A DNA stretch of 64,000 bases from a virus (IMGVR_UViG_3300042453_005121:64001-128000), one strand, 5' to 3'. Shown: positions 19,223 to 29,677, counted from the stretch's first letter. Translations and numbers: made by a program. Notes: generated by a model not told the origin, from the letters alone.

Positions 19223-19763
19223 AGAAGAAATCGTCCTCAAACTTCATAAGGTCGTCATAAAGGACGACCTTCCAGTCCCTGTATTTCATCTGGTAGGCGA
19301 ACGAATCCACGAGGTCCGACTCCCTCAGAAAGGCGAGTCTGGGCTTGCGATCCTTTTTCCAGAGCAGCATTGGTTTTCTCTGGCACCTGGTCGAGTCATC
19401 GGTGACCTGCCGGAGAAACTCATCCAACTCTGCGTGGCCTCCCTCAAAGGCCGATACTAGGTCAATGTCGTTATATCCACCTTTGCTCTCTAAAACAAAA
19501 TTGAAGTTGTCGGGACAAACTATATCACCAGAATAGATGTTTTTGGCGGTATGCGACAGGTGCACGTTCTGTGCTCCCCAGCGGTTTCCGCTGCCCACCG
19601 ATCGCGAAAATTTTCCCCACGTCGGGTTGGAAGAAAGGATGCTGGCGAATCGCAGATTCAGGTTTTTTACAAGTTCAAGTTCTACTCTTTTGCCCTTGAT
19701 TCCTGATTTTATCTTTTTCGGCTTCTTTTGAAATATATCATCCACATCAAGTTCTTCATCCAT
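19197..19763 (-). CDS. Holliday junction resolvase (PD-(D/E)xK, Hjc-like)
   Basis: KGKRVELEL...SGN...GDIVCP...FVLESKGG...PMLLWKKDR. Confidence 0.75.
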   Translation of the reverse strand: MDEELDVDDIFQKKPKKIKSGIKGKRVELELVKNLNLRFASILSSNPTWGKFSRSVGSGNRWGAQNVHLSHTAKNIYSGDIVCPDNFNFVLESKGGYNDIDLVSAFEGGHAELDEFLRQVTDDSTRCQRKPMLLWKKDRKPRLAFLRESDLVDSFAYQMKYRDWKVVLYDDLMKFEDDFFFSSPACAQ

Positions 19764-19780
19764 CAAAATATATAGGAATA

Positions 19781-20062
19781 ATGAAATCAATAATCCTGAT
19801 GACTACATTTTTGATGATTTTCCTTGTGTGGGAATCCAAGCAACCCGTGGCGGTCAAAAAGAACGAACCAGACCTGAGGACGAGGGTCAAAGAGATAGAG
19901 TTTCAAAAGGCGGAAGAGATATATCTCTACCACCGTAGCAGATGCGAACAACTCAGAGAGGTCCACCAGCCAAATCACAAAGACATGATGGAAGCCGAGT
20001 TGAAATTGAAACTCAGCCGTCTTGATCTGGAGCTTGCCTCAATAAACAAAGAGTTGGACTGA
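19781..20062 (+). CDS. hypothetical protein with N-terminal hydrophobic anchor/signal
   Basis: MKSIILMTTFLMIFLVW followed by a helical region. Confidence 0.55.
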   Translation: MKSIILMTTFLMIFLVWESKQPVAVKKNEPDLRTRVKEIEFQKAEEIYLYHRSRCEQLREVHQPNHKDMMEAELKLKLSRLDLELASINKELD

Positions 20063-20088
20063 GGCCCGAAGCGTCCATGCCCCGAACC

Positions 20089-20457
20089 TCAATTTTCGTC
20101 TTCAGGCTCTTCTTCAGAAGGCCCTATGTCATTGACCGGGGCCTCGCCAGAAATAGATTCCATTTGCTGCTGGACGGCTTTCAGGACGTCCTTCAATTCG
20201 CCTTTCTCTTCTATGGCCTTCATTATTGCAACTCCACATTTCTGAAGGACGGTCAAGTTTGACCGTTCGCTGTCAGGCCAATGAGTGTGGATCGTGCGCC
20301 TGATCTGGTTGACTATGGTCTCGGCATTGCTTACCAGATGACGAGGACCCATATCCTCGGCATTGTCATTGAGGTCTTGGAGGGCACTCAGTATGTCTGA
20401 GACCCTCTGGGCAAAGAATGCTTTGCTTTCGTCAAGTATGAATTCCTTGAATTGCAT
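20089..20457 (-). CDS. hypothetical protein, capsid-targeting-like N-terminus (MQFKEFILDE)
   Basis: CTAGATA 5 nt before ATG 20457; acidic tail. Confidence 0.65.
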   Translation of the reverse strand: MQFKEFILDESKAFFAQRVSDILSALQDLNDNAEDMGPRHLVSNAETIVNQIRRTIHTHWPDSERSNLTVLQKCGVAIMKAIEEKGELKDVLKAVQQQMESISGEAPVNDIGPSEEEPEDEN

Positions 20458-20474
20458 GCGCTTATCTAGGGCCT

Positions 20475-20825
20475 TCAGGCGATATTCCATGACGCTCCGG
20501 GTCTTTTATTGATTTTTTTGGAAGGACGAACCCCTTTGCATGCTTTCTCTACGGCGGCCACAGACAGTTTTGCCTGCCTGAGTGTCTCGGAAGCCCCCGA
20601 ATCGTACAATTCTTTGGGTGTATGAATATTTTGTGGCGAATATTCAACTTCCAAGTCTTCCTTGACACTTCCGTCCTTGCCGTAAATCTGATTGCTCGTC
20701 TTGGGTGCGAAATAGCATGTGAAACACATGATGGGATATGTCCTTCCGTCCACGAACGGAGAATTCTTGTGGGCCGTCGTGTACAAATCCAGTTTCTGAT
20801 GACAGAGAGGACATGTCTTTTTCAT
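20475..20825 (-). CDS. zinc-finger hypothetical protein
   Basis: CPLC...CFTC; ATGA-coupled to the SET gene. Confidence 0.6.
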   Translation of the reverse strand: MKKTCPLCHQKLDLYTTAHKNSPFVDGRTYPIMCFTCYFAPKTSNQIYGKDGSVKEDLEVEYSPQNIHTPKELYDSGASETLRQAKLSVAAVEKACKGVRPSKKINKRPGASWNIA

Positions 20826-21205
20826 AGTTTCACTTTTTGGATGTCGCGCGACACAAACCAATCGGGCCCGTAATTAACGGTCAACTGCTGTCCTGGTTCT
20901 ATGTCCTTTATGGCCATTACGGCCATGAGCCTATCGTGGTAATTCATTGAGAACACGCAGTTGTTGTCATCGCTGTGATTGTACAGCATGATCCAACCGA
21001 GCACCACGGCCAACTGGCCTTCCCAAGCCACGACATAGTTCATGAGATTGTGGTCAATTTCACCGGAGGGCATGAAGACCACCGCCGGGGCTATCTCGAC
21101 AAAAGTCTGATTTTTTATTGATTCTTTTGTGAAGACGCAGTGGCCCAAGTCTTCTGTCCACCCCATGAAGAGGCGACTGTCAATGAACGGGGTGTATTCG
21201 TTCAT
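20822..21205 (-). CDS. SET-domain protein (putative lysine methyltransferase)
   Basis: GHCVFTKESI, YNHSDDNNC, AIKDIEPGQQLTVNYG (SET NHS and ELxxxY motifs). Confidence 0.85.
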   Translation of the reverse strand: MNEYTPFIDSRLFMGWTEDLGHCVFTKESIKNQTFVEIAPAVVFMPSGEIDHNLMNYVVAWEGQLAVVLGWIMLYNHSDDNNCVFSMNYHDRLMAVMAIKDIEPGQQLTVNYGPDWFVSRDIQKVKL

Positions 21206-21636
21206 CTTCCTGTCGATCCGAATCCGCCTTCGCCGCGTTGAGTTGAAGAGAGTTCGTTCACTTCTACAAAATCAAAGTTGTAGTGTTTTTCAATAATCAT
21301 CTGGGCTATTTTATCACCCTGTCTGATGTTGAACGTCTCTTCCTTGTCGGTGTTGAAAAGTATGACTCTGATCTCGCCTCGGTAGGAGGAATCCACGACT
21401 CCGGCAAGAACGTCAATCCCGTATTTGAGCGCCAGTCCGCTTCTAGGGGCAACGCGACCATAATAGCCCTCCGGTATTTCCATGGAGATGCCGGTGGATA
21501 CCACGACCCTTGACAACGGCGGTATGGACTTTTCTTCTGCGCTCATCAAATCCATTCCTGCGTCGGTTGGATTTGCCCTCGTGAGCGGATTCTTGCAGGC
21601 GGATGGTGTTCTTGTGTAATTGATCTGCATTTTCAA
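21202..21636 (-). CDS. dut: trimeric dUTPase
   Basis: AGMDL, PRSGLA, GVVDSSYRGE, KIAQ, RGEGGFGSTG. Confidence 0.97.
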   Translation of the reverse strand: MKMQINYTRTPSACKNPLTRANPTDAGMDLMSAEEKSIPPLSRVVVSTGISMEIPEGYYGRVAPRSGLALKYGIDVLAGVVDSSYRGEIRVILFNTDKEETFNIRQGDKIAQMIIEKHYNFDFVEVNELSSTQRGEGGFGSTGR

Positions 21637-23282
21637 GCCTCACACGAGGAGCAAGTGAGGATTGAACGGGCCAATTCCTGTGCCGGGTTGGCAGACCTCT
21701 GGTAATAGAAGGTCTTAATCCCCATCTCCCAACCCTCTATGAGTAGGCTGTTGACGTCCTTCGGCGACGCAGAGGGAGGGATCGTCAGGTTCAGCGACTG
21801 GGACTGGTCTATATACTTCTGTCTCTGGGCGGCTTGGATGACGATCTCCTTCTGACTAATCTCTCCGAAGGTCTTGAAAACGTCCTTTTCCTCCTTTGAG
21901 AGGAAGTCAAGGTGCTGAACTGATCCTCCCTTAATGAGGATGCTCTTCCACGTATCGTCATCGTTCCTCTCGTGTTTCTTGAGGATTTCTTTGAGATAGG
22001 GATTCTTGTAGGTGAACTTCCCCTTGGCGAGGTTCTTTACGAAGTAGTTGCTGTTGAGCGGTTCAATGCTCGGGCTGACTTGGCCGAGTATGAAGCTGCT
22101 CGAGGTCGTCGGGGCTACAGCGAGGGTCGTTACGTTCCGCCGCCCGTACCCTTTGAGCAATTCGGGCTCGCCGTATTCCTTCGCCATCTCCTCTGTGGTA
22201 TTGTCGGACCTCTCCCTTATCGTCTTCCATATCTCGGAATTGAGAAGCTTCGCCTGCATGCTCTCAAACGCGATCATCTTGCTCTGGAGGTAGGAGTGCC
22301 AGCCGAGGACGCCGAGGCCGAGGGCCCGCTGTTTAATGGCGAAGTTTCTGGCGGCCTCCATGTATTTCACGCCTTCTGTCTTCCTTATGAACTCCTCGCA
22401 CACGGCATCAAGGAATCTCACCATGGTCTCTACGGCATCGGTTTCCTTGATTTCGTCCCAATGTAGGAGATTAAGGCTGGACAAGACACAAACGAATGAA
22501 TTGTTTTCGTCTGAAAAAAGCTGAATCTCGCTGCAGAGGTTTGAGGCCTTTATCTTGAGTTTGTTGTCCTTGTAGACCTTCGGAGCATTCTTGTTGGTCG
22601 TATCAACAAACATGATGTATGGATAGCCGGTTTCAAACCTCTTCTGGATGACTTTGGCCCATATTTTCCTCTTGTCCTTGTCGCCTTCTACGAGTTCCTT
22701 CATGAACTTATCGGTCACAGTCACGCCGATGCTCATATTCTGAATACTGTGTCCTTCGCTCCTGATCTGAAGGAATTCCTCTATGTCCGAGTGCTCTATG
22801 GGCATGTAGGCGGCGAAAGACCCTCTTCTTGCACTGCCCTGACTGATCACCTCGGCGACCTTGTCGAATATCTCCATGAAGTGGACGGCGCCGCTGCTCT
22901 CCCCACCCACGCTGATCTTGGTGCCTCGAGGGCGGAGGTCTCCGAAGAAACCACTCGTGCCTCCCCCCATCTTACTCATGATTCCTACCTCGGCAGACTT
23001 TGTCAGTATGGCCTCCATGTTGTCGGAAATGAAACTTCCGAAGCAACTGACGGGCAGGCCTCGCTTGTTGCCGAAGTTGGTCCAAACCGGCGTTGCTAGG
23101 GAATAGAATCCCCTGCTCATGTAGTTTTCAAACTTGTCGGCAAAACCCTTGATCTTGAGTATCTTCTCGGCGTTTTCTGCTATCTGCCTGATTCTCTGCT
23201 CTGGCGTCGTGTCCGGCTCCAAATAGCCTCTCTCAAGAAAGAGACGGCTGTGGGAGTTTAGCCAGTAATATTCTTTGGTCAT
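21633..23282 (-). CDS. nrdA: ribonucleotide reductase class I alpha subunit (no ATP cone)
   Basis: PVSCF, GGGTS, QGSARRG, SNLCSEI, APTTSSS, KTFYY, C-terminal CSSCEA. Confidence 0.95.
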   Translation of the reverse strand: MTKEYYWLNSHSRLFLERGYLEPDTTPEQRIRQIAENAEKILKIKGFADKFENYMSRGFYSLATPVWTNFGNKRGLPVSCFGSFISDNMEAILTKSAEVGIMSKMGGGTSGFFGDLRPRGTKISVGGESSGAVHFMEIFDKVAEVISQGSARRGSFAAYMPIEHSDIEEFLQIRSEGHSIQNMSIGVTVTDKFMKELVEGDKDKRKIWAKVIQKRFETGYPYIMFVDTTNKNAPKVYKDNKLKIKASNLCSEIQLFSDENNSFVCVLSSLNLLHWDEIKETDAVETMVRFLDAVCEEFIRKTEGVKYMEAARNFAIKQRALGLGVLGWHSYLQSKMIAFESMQAKLLNSEIWKTIRERSDNTTEEMAKEYGEPELLKGYGRRNVTTLAVAPTTSSSFILGQVSPSIEPLNSNYFVKNLAKGKFTYKNPYLKEILKKHERNDDDTWKSILIKGGSVQHLDFLSKEEKDVFKTFGEISQKEIVIQAAQRQKYIDQSQSLNLTIPPSASPKDVNSLLIEGWEMGIKTFYYQRSANPAQELARSILTCSSCEA

Positions 23283-23324
23283 TTTTGTCTTTCTGGGTTG
23301 GTTTTCTACTAGAGTACAGGCGGA

Positions 23325-24296
23325 TCAAAACAACTCTTCGGCGGCGAAACTTTTTGAACGCTTTGAATACTCCACAGGTCTTGAATGAAAAAAATCTGAT
23401 TGATTATTTCCCAAAACCTGCTCGTCAAACCACGTTGTTTTTGAGATTAATTCTTTGTTTACGTCAAATATTTTCTTGAATCCTATTTCTTTGAGAGACT
23501 CGTTCATTCTGTTTTTGACAAATTCCTTGAGAATTTCAGAATTAAGTTTCTCCTCGCCGTACCCATTGACAATCCACTCTATGATTTGGAGTTCATATTT
23601 GACTGCCTCGTTGGCCTCGTGAATGATCTTCTCCTTGAGTTCTTCATCAAAGAGTTCGGGGTGCTCCTTCTTGATCACGTTGATTATTTTCATCCCGATC
23701 ATCGCGTGGAGATTTTCTTCTCGGCTCGTGTATTCAACTTGCTTGTTCGTGTCTTTGAGAACATTCTTGTACCTTCCGAACCAGCTTATTGTATAGAACT
23801 GGGAGAAGAGGGCGATGTTTTCCACGAAAAGCGTGAAGAGTATCAGCGAGTAAATGAACTGTTTCTTGTTGTCCGCATGGAACTTGTGAAGATGCTTCCT
23901 GAGGTAGTTGACCCTACCCTTTATGATATCCAATTCTAGTATTTCGTCAAACGCATCATCTATGCCGAGCACTTCAAGAAGACGTTCGTAGGCGTCGCCG
24001 TGGATGACCTCCGTGTTCGCCATGACGTATCCCATGTCGTTGATGCTCGGGTGGGGGAGGTTGTCGCCGAGTTTGGCCCAAAACTTCTTTACGCTGATCT
24101 CTAGTTGTCCGATCGTAGCGAGAGCACGGGTCATTATCTGCTGCTCCTGCTCTGTGAGAGACACCCTGAAGTCTTGAATGTCGCTTGAGAAACTGAATTC
24201 CTTGTCGGTCCAGAAACCATTGTGCATGGCCTCTATGAAATCTTGGGTCCACGGATATCGGTCAGGCTTCCTGCTAATCTGTTCTTCAAAAATCAT
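23325..24296 (-). CDS. nrdB: ribonucleotide reductase class I beta subunit
   Basis: FWTDKE, EVIHGDAY, VENIALFSQF, REENLH, DFFHSRPVEYSK. Confidence 0.95.
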   Translation of the reverse strand: MIFEEQISRKPDRYPWTQDFIEAMHNGFWTDKEFSFSSDIQDFRVSLTEQEQQIMTRALATIGQLEISVKKFWAKLGDNLPHPSINDMGYVMANTEVIHGDAYERLLEVLGIDDAFDEILELDIIKGRVNYLRKHLHKFHADNKKQFIYSLILFTLFVENIALFSQFYTISWFGRYKNVLKDTNKQVEYTSREENLHAMIGMKIINVIKKEHPELFDEELKEKIIHEANEAVKYELQIIEWIVNGYGEEKLNSEILKEFVKNRMNESLKEIGFKKIFDVNKELISKTTWFDEQVLGNNQSDFFHSRPVEYSKRSKSFAAEELF

Positions 24297-24367
24297 TTTT
24301 TGTTTTCCTTATTGTAATAAACGACGAGGTATCTAAGATTGTTAATCAAAATTTTGCATCCGATTGA

Positions 24368-25222
24368 TTAATAATAATTTTTTCTGCTACTTATGGCCGT
24401 GGAAACAAGTTCCCAAGCTCTTCTGCACGCATTTTCAAATGTGAATTTTTCAGAACAAAATTTCAAAAGTCTAGCGGCCATGTCGTTCAGCAATTCTTGA
24501 TTGTTGTCCGCCCACTCGTATTTTTCAAATATATCGCCCATGTCGTGTCTCACCGGCACATGTAGATTTTGCTCCAAAATGAGCGTGTCGCTCCAGGCCA
24601 GAATTGGTCGTTCTGCTATAAACAGTGGCCTGTTGCAGAAAGGCAGCATTTTCAATCTCCCACTACATCCTGTTCCAGAAAGGTCAATAAGATATTTGTA
24701 GCCGCAGAAGTCTTTCATGGGAGTGAATTTAGTGGGGGTTCTGCCGTGGTTCGTCCACCACATTGAATCTCCAGCGAATTTGTCGGGATGAGTCTTGCAG
24801 AGTTCCACGTATTTGATTCTCTGGGGGACTCCTTGCAGGTTGCCCTTCCAGAACATTCTTTGATCCTTGATGTTCTTCGGATCATTGTTTTCAACTATTT
24901 CGCGAATGAAACTATCAAAATTCACGAGGCCTATGTGCCACCAGTTTCCGAATATGTAATCAGGAAACAACTTTTGGTCTCTACCGAAAGAAGAAGTGTC
25001 AAACTCAATGAAATTAGACGCGTTCTCTTTTGGACTATCCTTAGTGGGTCCGTCGGCCGTATTTATTCTTATGGTATAAGTCTGGTTCAATTCGCCCGAC
25101 TCTTGGAGCATCTCAAAAACCCTGGTCATTATTTTGAGAAGACCTGCGTTTCTGCACTCCCACATAGACTTGGTCATGAAGGAAAGGCTGTCGGGCGATA
25201 TTGAAAATTCAACGTAGTTCAT
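24368..25222 (-). CDS. glycosyltransferase family 90 (CAP10-like)
   Basis: FPDY, MFWKG, YKYLIDLSGTGCSGRLKML, HVPVRHDMGD. Confidence 0.75.
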   Translation of the reverse strand: MNYVEFSISPDSLSFMTKSMWECRNAGLLKIMTRVFEMLQESGELNQTYTIRINTADGPTKDSPKENASNFIEFDTSSFGRDQKLFPDYIFGNWWHIGLVNFDSFIREIVENNDPKNIKDQRMFWKGNLQGVPQRIKYVELCKTHPDKFAGDSMWWTNHGRTPTKFTPMKDFCGYKYLIDLSGTGCSGRLKMLPFCNRPLFIAERPILAWSDTLILEQNLHVPVRHDMGDIFEKYEWADNNQELLNDMAARLLKFCSEKFTFENACRRAWELVSTAISSRKNYY

Positions 25223-27228
25223 TTCTTGTCCTTCATGGTTGTGAATCCTTTTCTCTTTTCAAGACTTATCAATTCACACCCATCCAGCATTTCAAGTAGA
25301 TTTTGATCGTGCGTTGTTATGAACACTTGTCTATCTTTAGCAAGCTCCGAGATCATATTGTATACCCCAACCACCCCAATTTGGTCAATGTTGGTTGTGA
25401 CCTCGTCCAAGAAAACTAGACTTGGACACATGCCTGAATTCAACATCATGACGTGAGCGAACGCTTGGGACACGGCCAAGTTCAATCTTCTTCTTTCTCC
25501 GCCGCTCATCGCATAATAAACGAATGGGTCGCCATCACTAGGGCTTCGTTGTATCTTCTCCTCCAGCTCATTGTCGAATTCCAATTTTATTTTACCATCT
25601 ATCAAAAACTGAAGCCAGTAGGAGACCCTAGAATTTAATGCCGGTATGATTCCTTCTATCACGAACTTTCTTATTCCTGTGTCGCCGAAAGCGGTTGTCC
25701 AGAACTCGTAATAGGGAAGTTCCTTTTCAAGCGAATCCAGCTCTAGTCCTTTGTTCTCAAATTCCTCCAACTTGGATTTGATCTCCGAAGAAAGGGAATC
25801 AATCATTGGCCTGAAAGGGGTCTGACCCTCCAATTCTGATTTCTTTGACTCGGCCTGCTCCTTCAATCCATCAATCTGCTGTTCAAGGAGTTTGTTCTTA
25901 ACATCATCAGATTGGGGCTTTTCAATCTTGTTGAGTTCCGAGAGTTCTTTTCTTTTTTCCGAAAGTTCTCTTGAAGTCTTGAGCATATTGTTCTTGGCAG
26001 AATCCAGGCCGACCGATATCTTGGACAGAGTCTCGTTCAAATCCTTAAGCCGGCTCTCTGATTTTATTTTTTCGGCTCGCTCCGAATCGCACTTCTCCTT
26101 CGTCTCCTTCGTCTTGGCGAGCAGTTGTTTTGTGTATTTTCCGTAATTATCTTTTGAGACAGTGCCAAAGCATAGTTTGCATGTGGCGCCTTCGTTCTTT
26201 TCAAGTCTGGAGATTTCTTTTTCATCGTCAGAAATCTGGACTTCCAGGCCCTTTATCAAAGACTCAGACTTAGATATCAATATTTGAAGTTCATTCTGCT
26301 TTTGTTTGTTTGAAGAAAACTTCTCTTGAGCCAGATCAAGAATCTCCTGTATCTTTATCTGTTTGCCTTCTGATTCTGGTATTTCGTTATTGAGTTCGGC
26401 TATTCTTTCTTGGGCTGATCTATATCTTGAGGACTCCGCTCCGTCCGAGGTAGATTCAAGTTGTGATTTTATTTCTTTAATTCTAGCGATTAGGTCCTTG
26501 AGTTCTCCCTTTCTCTGTTCTGTCCATTTTTCCTCTTGTTCAATCGCCATCTTGAGTCTTGAACGCGAAACTTCCAACTCTTGTCTGGCGGTTTCGTGGG
26601 ATTGTTGGGCGAGTTTTATGGCATCCTTTTTGTCTTTCCTGAGGTTTTTTGCCCTTTCGGCGAAGTTCTTGTATTTGTCCAAGGAAAGAAGATTTTCAAC
26701 TATCTCTCGCTTGCTCGCCGCATCGCATTCAAGAAAGCTGCCAGTGTTGTTATCGGTGAATACGACAACGTTCACGAAAGTTTCGTAGTTGAGGCCGAGT
26801 TTATCTTCGAGTAACTTTTGAGTCGCCGGCTGTCCTCCGAGGCTTATTTCAGTGCTGTCGTCCCACGTCCCTTCTGCGCTCTCCCATAATCTCAGGGAAT
26901 CGGGCTTTCTGGTTCTTACCGCCCTGAAGTTCCCCCACCTTACCTCCGTCTTGAGACCCTTTCCGATTTGATTATTTATAACGTCCTTGTGATTGACTTT
27001 TTTGGGGTGTTTTATAGTCTTGCCGAAAAGGGTGTAGACTATGATTTCTGGGATGCTGCTTTTTCCAACTCCGTTGCTTGCGACCCTTGAGTCGCTGTCC
27101 ACGACGTCAAAATTGCTTCCCCTGACGAGGACTATGTTCCCGTAATTGGAGAAATCCAACTCAAAGCCTTCGGGGCCGAAGCAAAGAAAATTCTGGGCTT
27201 GGACGTACTTGATGTCAAGACTTTTCAC
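25219..27228 (-). CDS. sbcC: SbcC/Rad50/gp46-like recombination ATPase
   Basis: NFLCF, SNGVGKSS Walker A, CKLC hook, MSGGERRR signature, VFLDE, ITTH. Confidence 0.93.
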   Translation of the reverse strand: MKSLDIKYVQAQNFLCFGPEGFELDFSNYGNIVLVRGSNFDVVDSDSRVASNGVGKSSIPEIIVYTLFGKTIKHPKKVNHKDVINNQIGKGLKTEVRWGNFRAVRTRKPDSLRLWESAEGTWDDSTEISLGGQPATQKLLEDKLGLNYETFVNVVVFTDNNTGSFLECDAASKREIVENLLSLDKYKNFAERAKNLRKDKKDAIKLAQQSHETARQELEVSRSRLKMAIEQEEKWTEQRKGELKDLIARIKEIKSQLESTSDGAESSRYRSAQERIAELNNEIPESEGKQIKIQEILDLAQEKFSSNKQKQNELQILISKSESLIKGLEVQISDDEKEISRLEKNEGATCKLCFGTVSKDNYGKYTKQLLAKTKETKEKCDSERAEKIKSESRLKDLNETLSKISVGLDSAKNNMLKTSRELSEKRKELSELNKIEKPQSDDVKNKLLEQQIDGLKEQAESKKSELEGQTPFRPMIDSLSSEIKSKLEEFENKGLELDSLEKELPYYEFWTTAFGDTGIRKFVIEGIIPALNSRVSYWLQFLIDGKIKLEFDNELEEKIQRSPSDGDPFVYYAMSGGERRRLNLAVSQAFAHVMMLNSGMCPSLVFLDEVTTNIDQIGVVGVYNMISELAKDRQVFITTHDQNLLEMLDGCELISLEKRKGFTTMKDKK

Positions 27229-28310
27229 GATTCAACTCTCTGGCATATTTCTGAGCCTATCTTGATGAGGAATTTTTTGTCTAAACCCTCTACGTTAGCC
27301 TGCTCCACATAACGCTCCAGCATCTCTTCCTCCTTGTAGAGTATGGCTTTTGCGTCCTTGATCATATGATCTTCTTTTTTTTGCGATTGCTTGATTTCAA
27401 GCGTGGCGACCTTGGAACCTTCGGTGAGCCGTTGGCGGATGTCGGACATCTGCTTGTCTGCTAGGTCACTGACTTCAAGCCGAACGAACTGTCCTTCAAG
27501 TTCATGGTCGGAAATTTCATCCTCGTTCAAGATATAGTGCTTCGGACTAAAGGTGTTTTTGACGTATTCTTTTTCGTCAGATTCCGTGTCATATATGATT
27601 AGATGCTTGTCTTGGAAGGCCTCTCCGAAGCTCAATTGCAGTGGCGATCCGACGTATTCCACCTTCTCGTTCAATTTCTGGGCTGCGTGATAGTGACCCA
27701 GAAAAACTCTATCCCAAGAATCAAATATCTCGGGGCCGACCCTGACCATGTCTCCATCGTGCTCTATCGCCACATCACTGGTGGTGTTGTATCGCACGTT
27801 CCATATCGCGCCGTCAACGGACACATGGCCTCCGAGTATCTTTTGATTCTTTGGATTTTTGCTATTCCACTCTTGATCTATCTTTTTCAAATCCTCAATT
27901 GGATTATGTGTGTAAGGAAGCATTGCAAAAAAGAATTTTTCTTCCTTGTCAGATAGAACTTCTACGGAAGGCGAGTTCACAATTCTGACCCCCGGAAGAT
28001 TTCTGAGCGGGTTGACGCTTGAGACATCCAATTTTTGGTAGTGCCACAGGTCGTGGTTTCCAAGCAAAAGAGTCAGATTTAATTCGTTTCCGCAGAGGTG
28101 TTCTTCAAATATTTCAAAAGTCTTTTGGTAGGTCAACACGTCTATTTTTTGGCGATCATGAAAGAGATCCCCCAAAAAGACTATATTTTTGATCTTTTTT
28201 TCCAATGCGGTCCTGAACGTCCAGTCAAGGGTTTGGATACAATGATCAAGCCGTTCGGCCGATTTCTTGTGAGGGTGGATGTGAATGTCGCTGAAAATGA
28301 TTATTTTCAT
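27225..28310 (-). CDS. sbcD: SbcD/Mre11/gp47-like nuclease
   Basis: SDIH, GDLFH, GNHD, LGHYH, YVGSP. Confidence 0.93.
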   Translation of the reverse strand: MKIIIFSDIHIHPHKKSAERLDHCIQTLDWTFRTALEKKIKNIVFLGDLFHDRQKIDVLTYQKTFEIFEEHLCGNELNLTLLLGNHDLWHYQKLDVSSVNPLRNLPGVRIVNSPSVEVLSDKEEKFFFAMLPYTHNPIEDLKKIDQEWNSKNPKNQKILGGHVSVDGAIWNVRYNTTSDVAIEHDGDMVRVGPEIFDSWDRVFLGHYHAAQKLNEKVEYVGSPLQLSFGEAFQDKHLIIYDTESDEKEYVKNTFSPKHYILNEDEISDHELEGQFVRLEVSDLADKQMSDIRQRLTEGSKVATLEIKQSQKKEDHMIKDAKAILYKEEEMLERYVEQANVEGLDKKFLIKIGSEICQRVES

Positions 28311-28391
28311 GGATTTTAGCATGATCTTACCAAGACACGCCCAAGCAGTCCATAGATGTTCGTATCAATATTTTAGAATTGAACAATAAAT

Positions 28392-29150
28392 ATGAATATC
28401 ATGAAACTAGTCATAAATTCAAATGTGAATTACGAAAAACCACTTCGCAAATTGTTTTTGTCCTTGCGTGGAGCGGGATTCAGGGATTACAAGAACATAA
28501 TCGTTGTGAGGGGCCAATCAGAGTCTGACGAGGAGCCCAAAAAGGTCAAAATTTCCAAGGTTGTGAAATTGGGCATTCGTGATGAACTGACGTTAATCAA
28601 CATGCGTTTGAATAACTTTGACTACACTGGGTATCATGCCCTGAATGTTTATAAAGAACACCCCCTCGTGAGTTCAGACTGGTATATGTACATTTTGGAC
28701 ACCGTTACGGTGAACAGCCTATTCGTGTCGTTCATCAATTCGGCATGCCCTGATCCGGATGAGTTGATGATCACCATGCGTCCTCATTCAAACATATGTG
28801 CATTTGGCAGTGAGGTGATAAAGAACTACGGAAACAATTTCGGCACGCCGTTGACAAAGGACGAGGCAATAAGACTTGAGTTTGATTCGCCGATAGAAAA
28901 AAACGTAGCGAGCATATCAAGGTTCGGAAGAATAACTCAGATGAATACGAGATATTTGGTAGGAGAGGCCGACATATATGGAACGGGACATCCAAGAAAA
29001 AATCTTTATTACCCAGACTTCGGATTGAGCAAATGGATATTCTGGGGGAGGACTGGTGATATCTTGGGAGACGTCCAAGAGAACAAAGTGTGGACGAGCG
29101 ACGAGATCGCCAGATTCAAAAAAGAAAACAAGCCCGAATCATTTTTTTAA
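28392..29150 (+). CDS. hypothetical protein, possibly GT-A-like
   Basis: LVINSN, WYMYILDT; lies among glycosylation genes. Confidence 0.5.
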   Translation: MNIMKLVINSNVNYEKPLRKLFLSLRGAGFRDYKNIIVVRGQSESDEEPKKVKISKVVKLGIRDELTLINMRLNNFDYTGYHALNVYKEHPLVSSDWYMYILDTVTVNSLFVSFINSACPDPDELMITMRPHSNICAFGSEVIKNYGNNFGTPLTKDEAIRLEFDSPIEKNVASISRFGRITQMNTRYLVGEADIYGTGHPRKNLYYPDFGLSKWIFWGRTGDILGDVQENKVWTSDEIARFKKENKPESFF

Positions 29151-29453
29151 CGATTTGCTCAAAGCGGTCCAGACGTCAGAACTTTTTATCTTTTGAACCG
29201 TCGTTCCGCCTGGTTGCGGCGAACTGGGATCGCCTGGGGCCGATGGCGCTCCTATGGAAGGTCCTCCCATGGGCGGTCCTCCCAAGCCCATAGGCGGACC
29301 ACCGCCCCCTAAGCCTGGCGGAGGGCCGCTGCCAAATCCGGGGATGCTCGGCCCTCCCGGAGGTGGGCCTGGTGGGGGTGGTGGCTTTCCTCCACTTGGT
29401 GGAGGAGCCGGTGGAGTCGCTTCTAATATAAGGAATTGGTGAAAAGTAAGCAC
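29139..29453 (-). CDS. Pro/Gly-rich low-complexity protein, capsid-targeting-like N-terminus (MLTFHQFLILE)
   Basis: CTATATA 4 nt before GTG; polyproline/GGPP repeats. Confidence 0.6.
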   Translation of the reverse strand: MLTFHQFLILEATPPAPPPSGGKPPPPPGPPPGGPSIPGFGSGPPPGLGGGGPPMGLGGPPMGGPSIGAPSAPGDPSSPQPGGTTVQKIKSSDVWTALSKSLKK

Positions 29454-29506
29454 GAATTATATAGCCCAGATAATAGATATATTTGTATGCAACAAGGAGT
29501 GTTTAA

Positions 29507-29677
29507 ATGGACGCAAAGGATTTGATGACCTTTATTGTTACCCTTTTCGTTCCGCCTCTCGGGGTGGCTCTGAAATCGGGATTCGGAACTCATTTTTGGG
29601 TGAATCTGGCTCTTACGGTGTTCGGTTTTTACATTGCGGGGATGGTTCACGGCGTTTACGTCGTGCTCAAGGACTAA
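29507..29677 (+). CDS. YqaE/Pmp3 (UPF0057) small membrane protein
   Basis: Not in the ORF track. AAGGAG RBS; MDAKDLMTFIVTLFVPPLGVALKSGFGTHFWVNLALTVFGFYIAGMVHGVYVVLKD, with the family PPLGV, NxxLT and GxxH motifs. Confidence 0.85.
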   Translation: MDAKDLMTFIVTLFVPPLGVALKSGFGTHFWVNLALTVFGFYIAGMVHGVYVVLKD

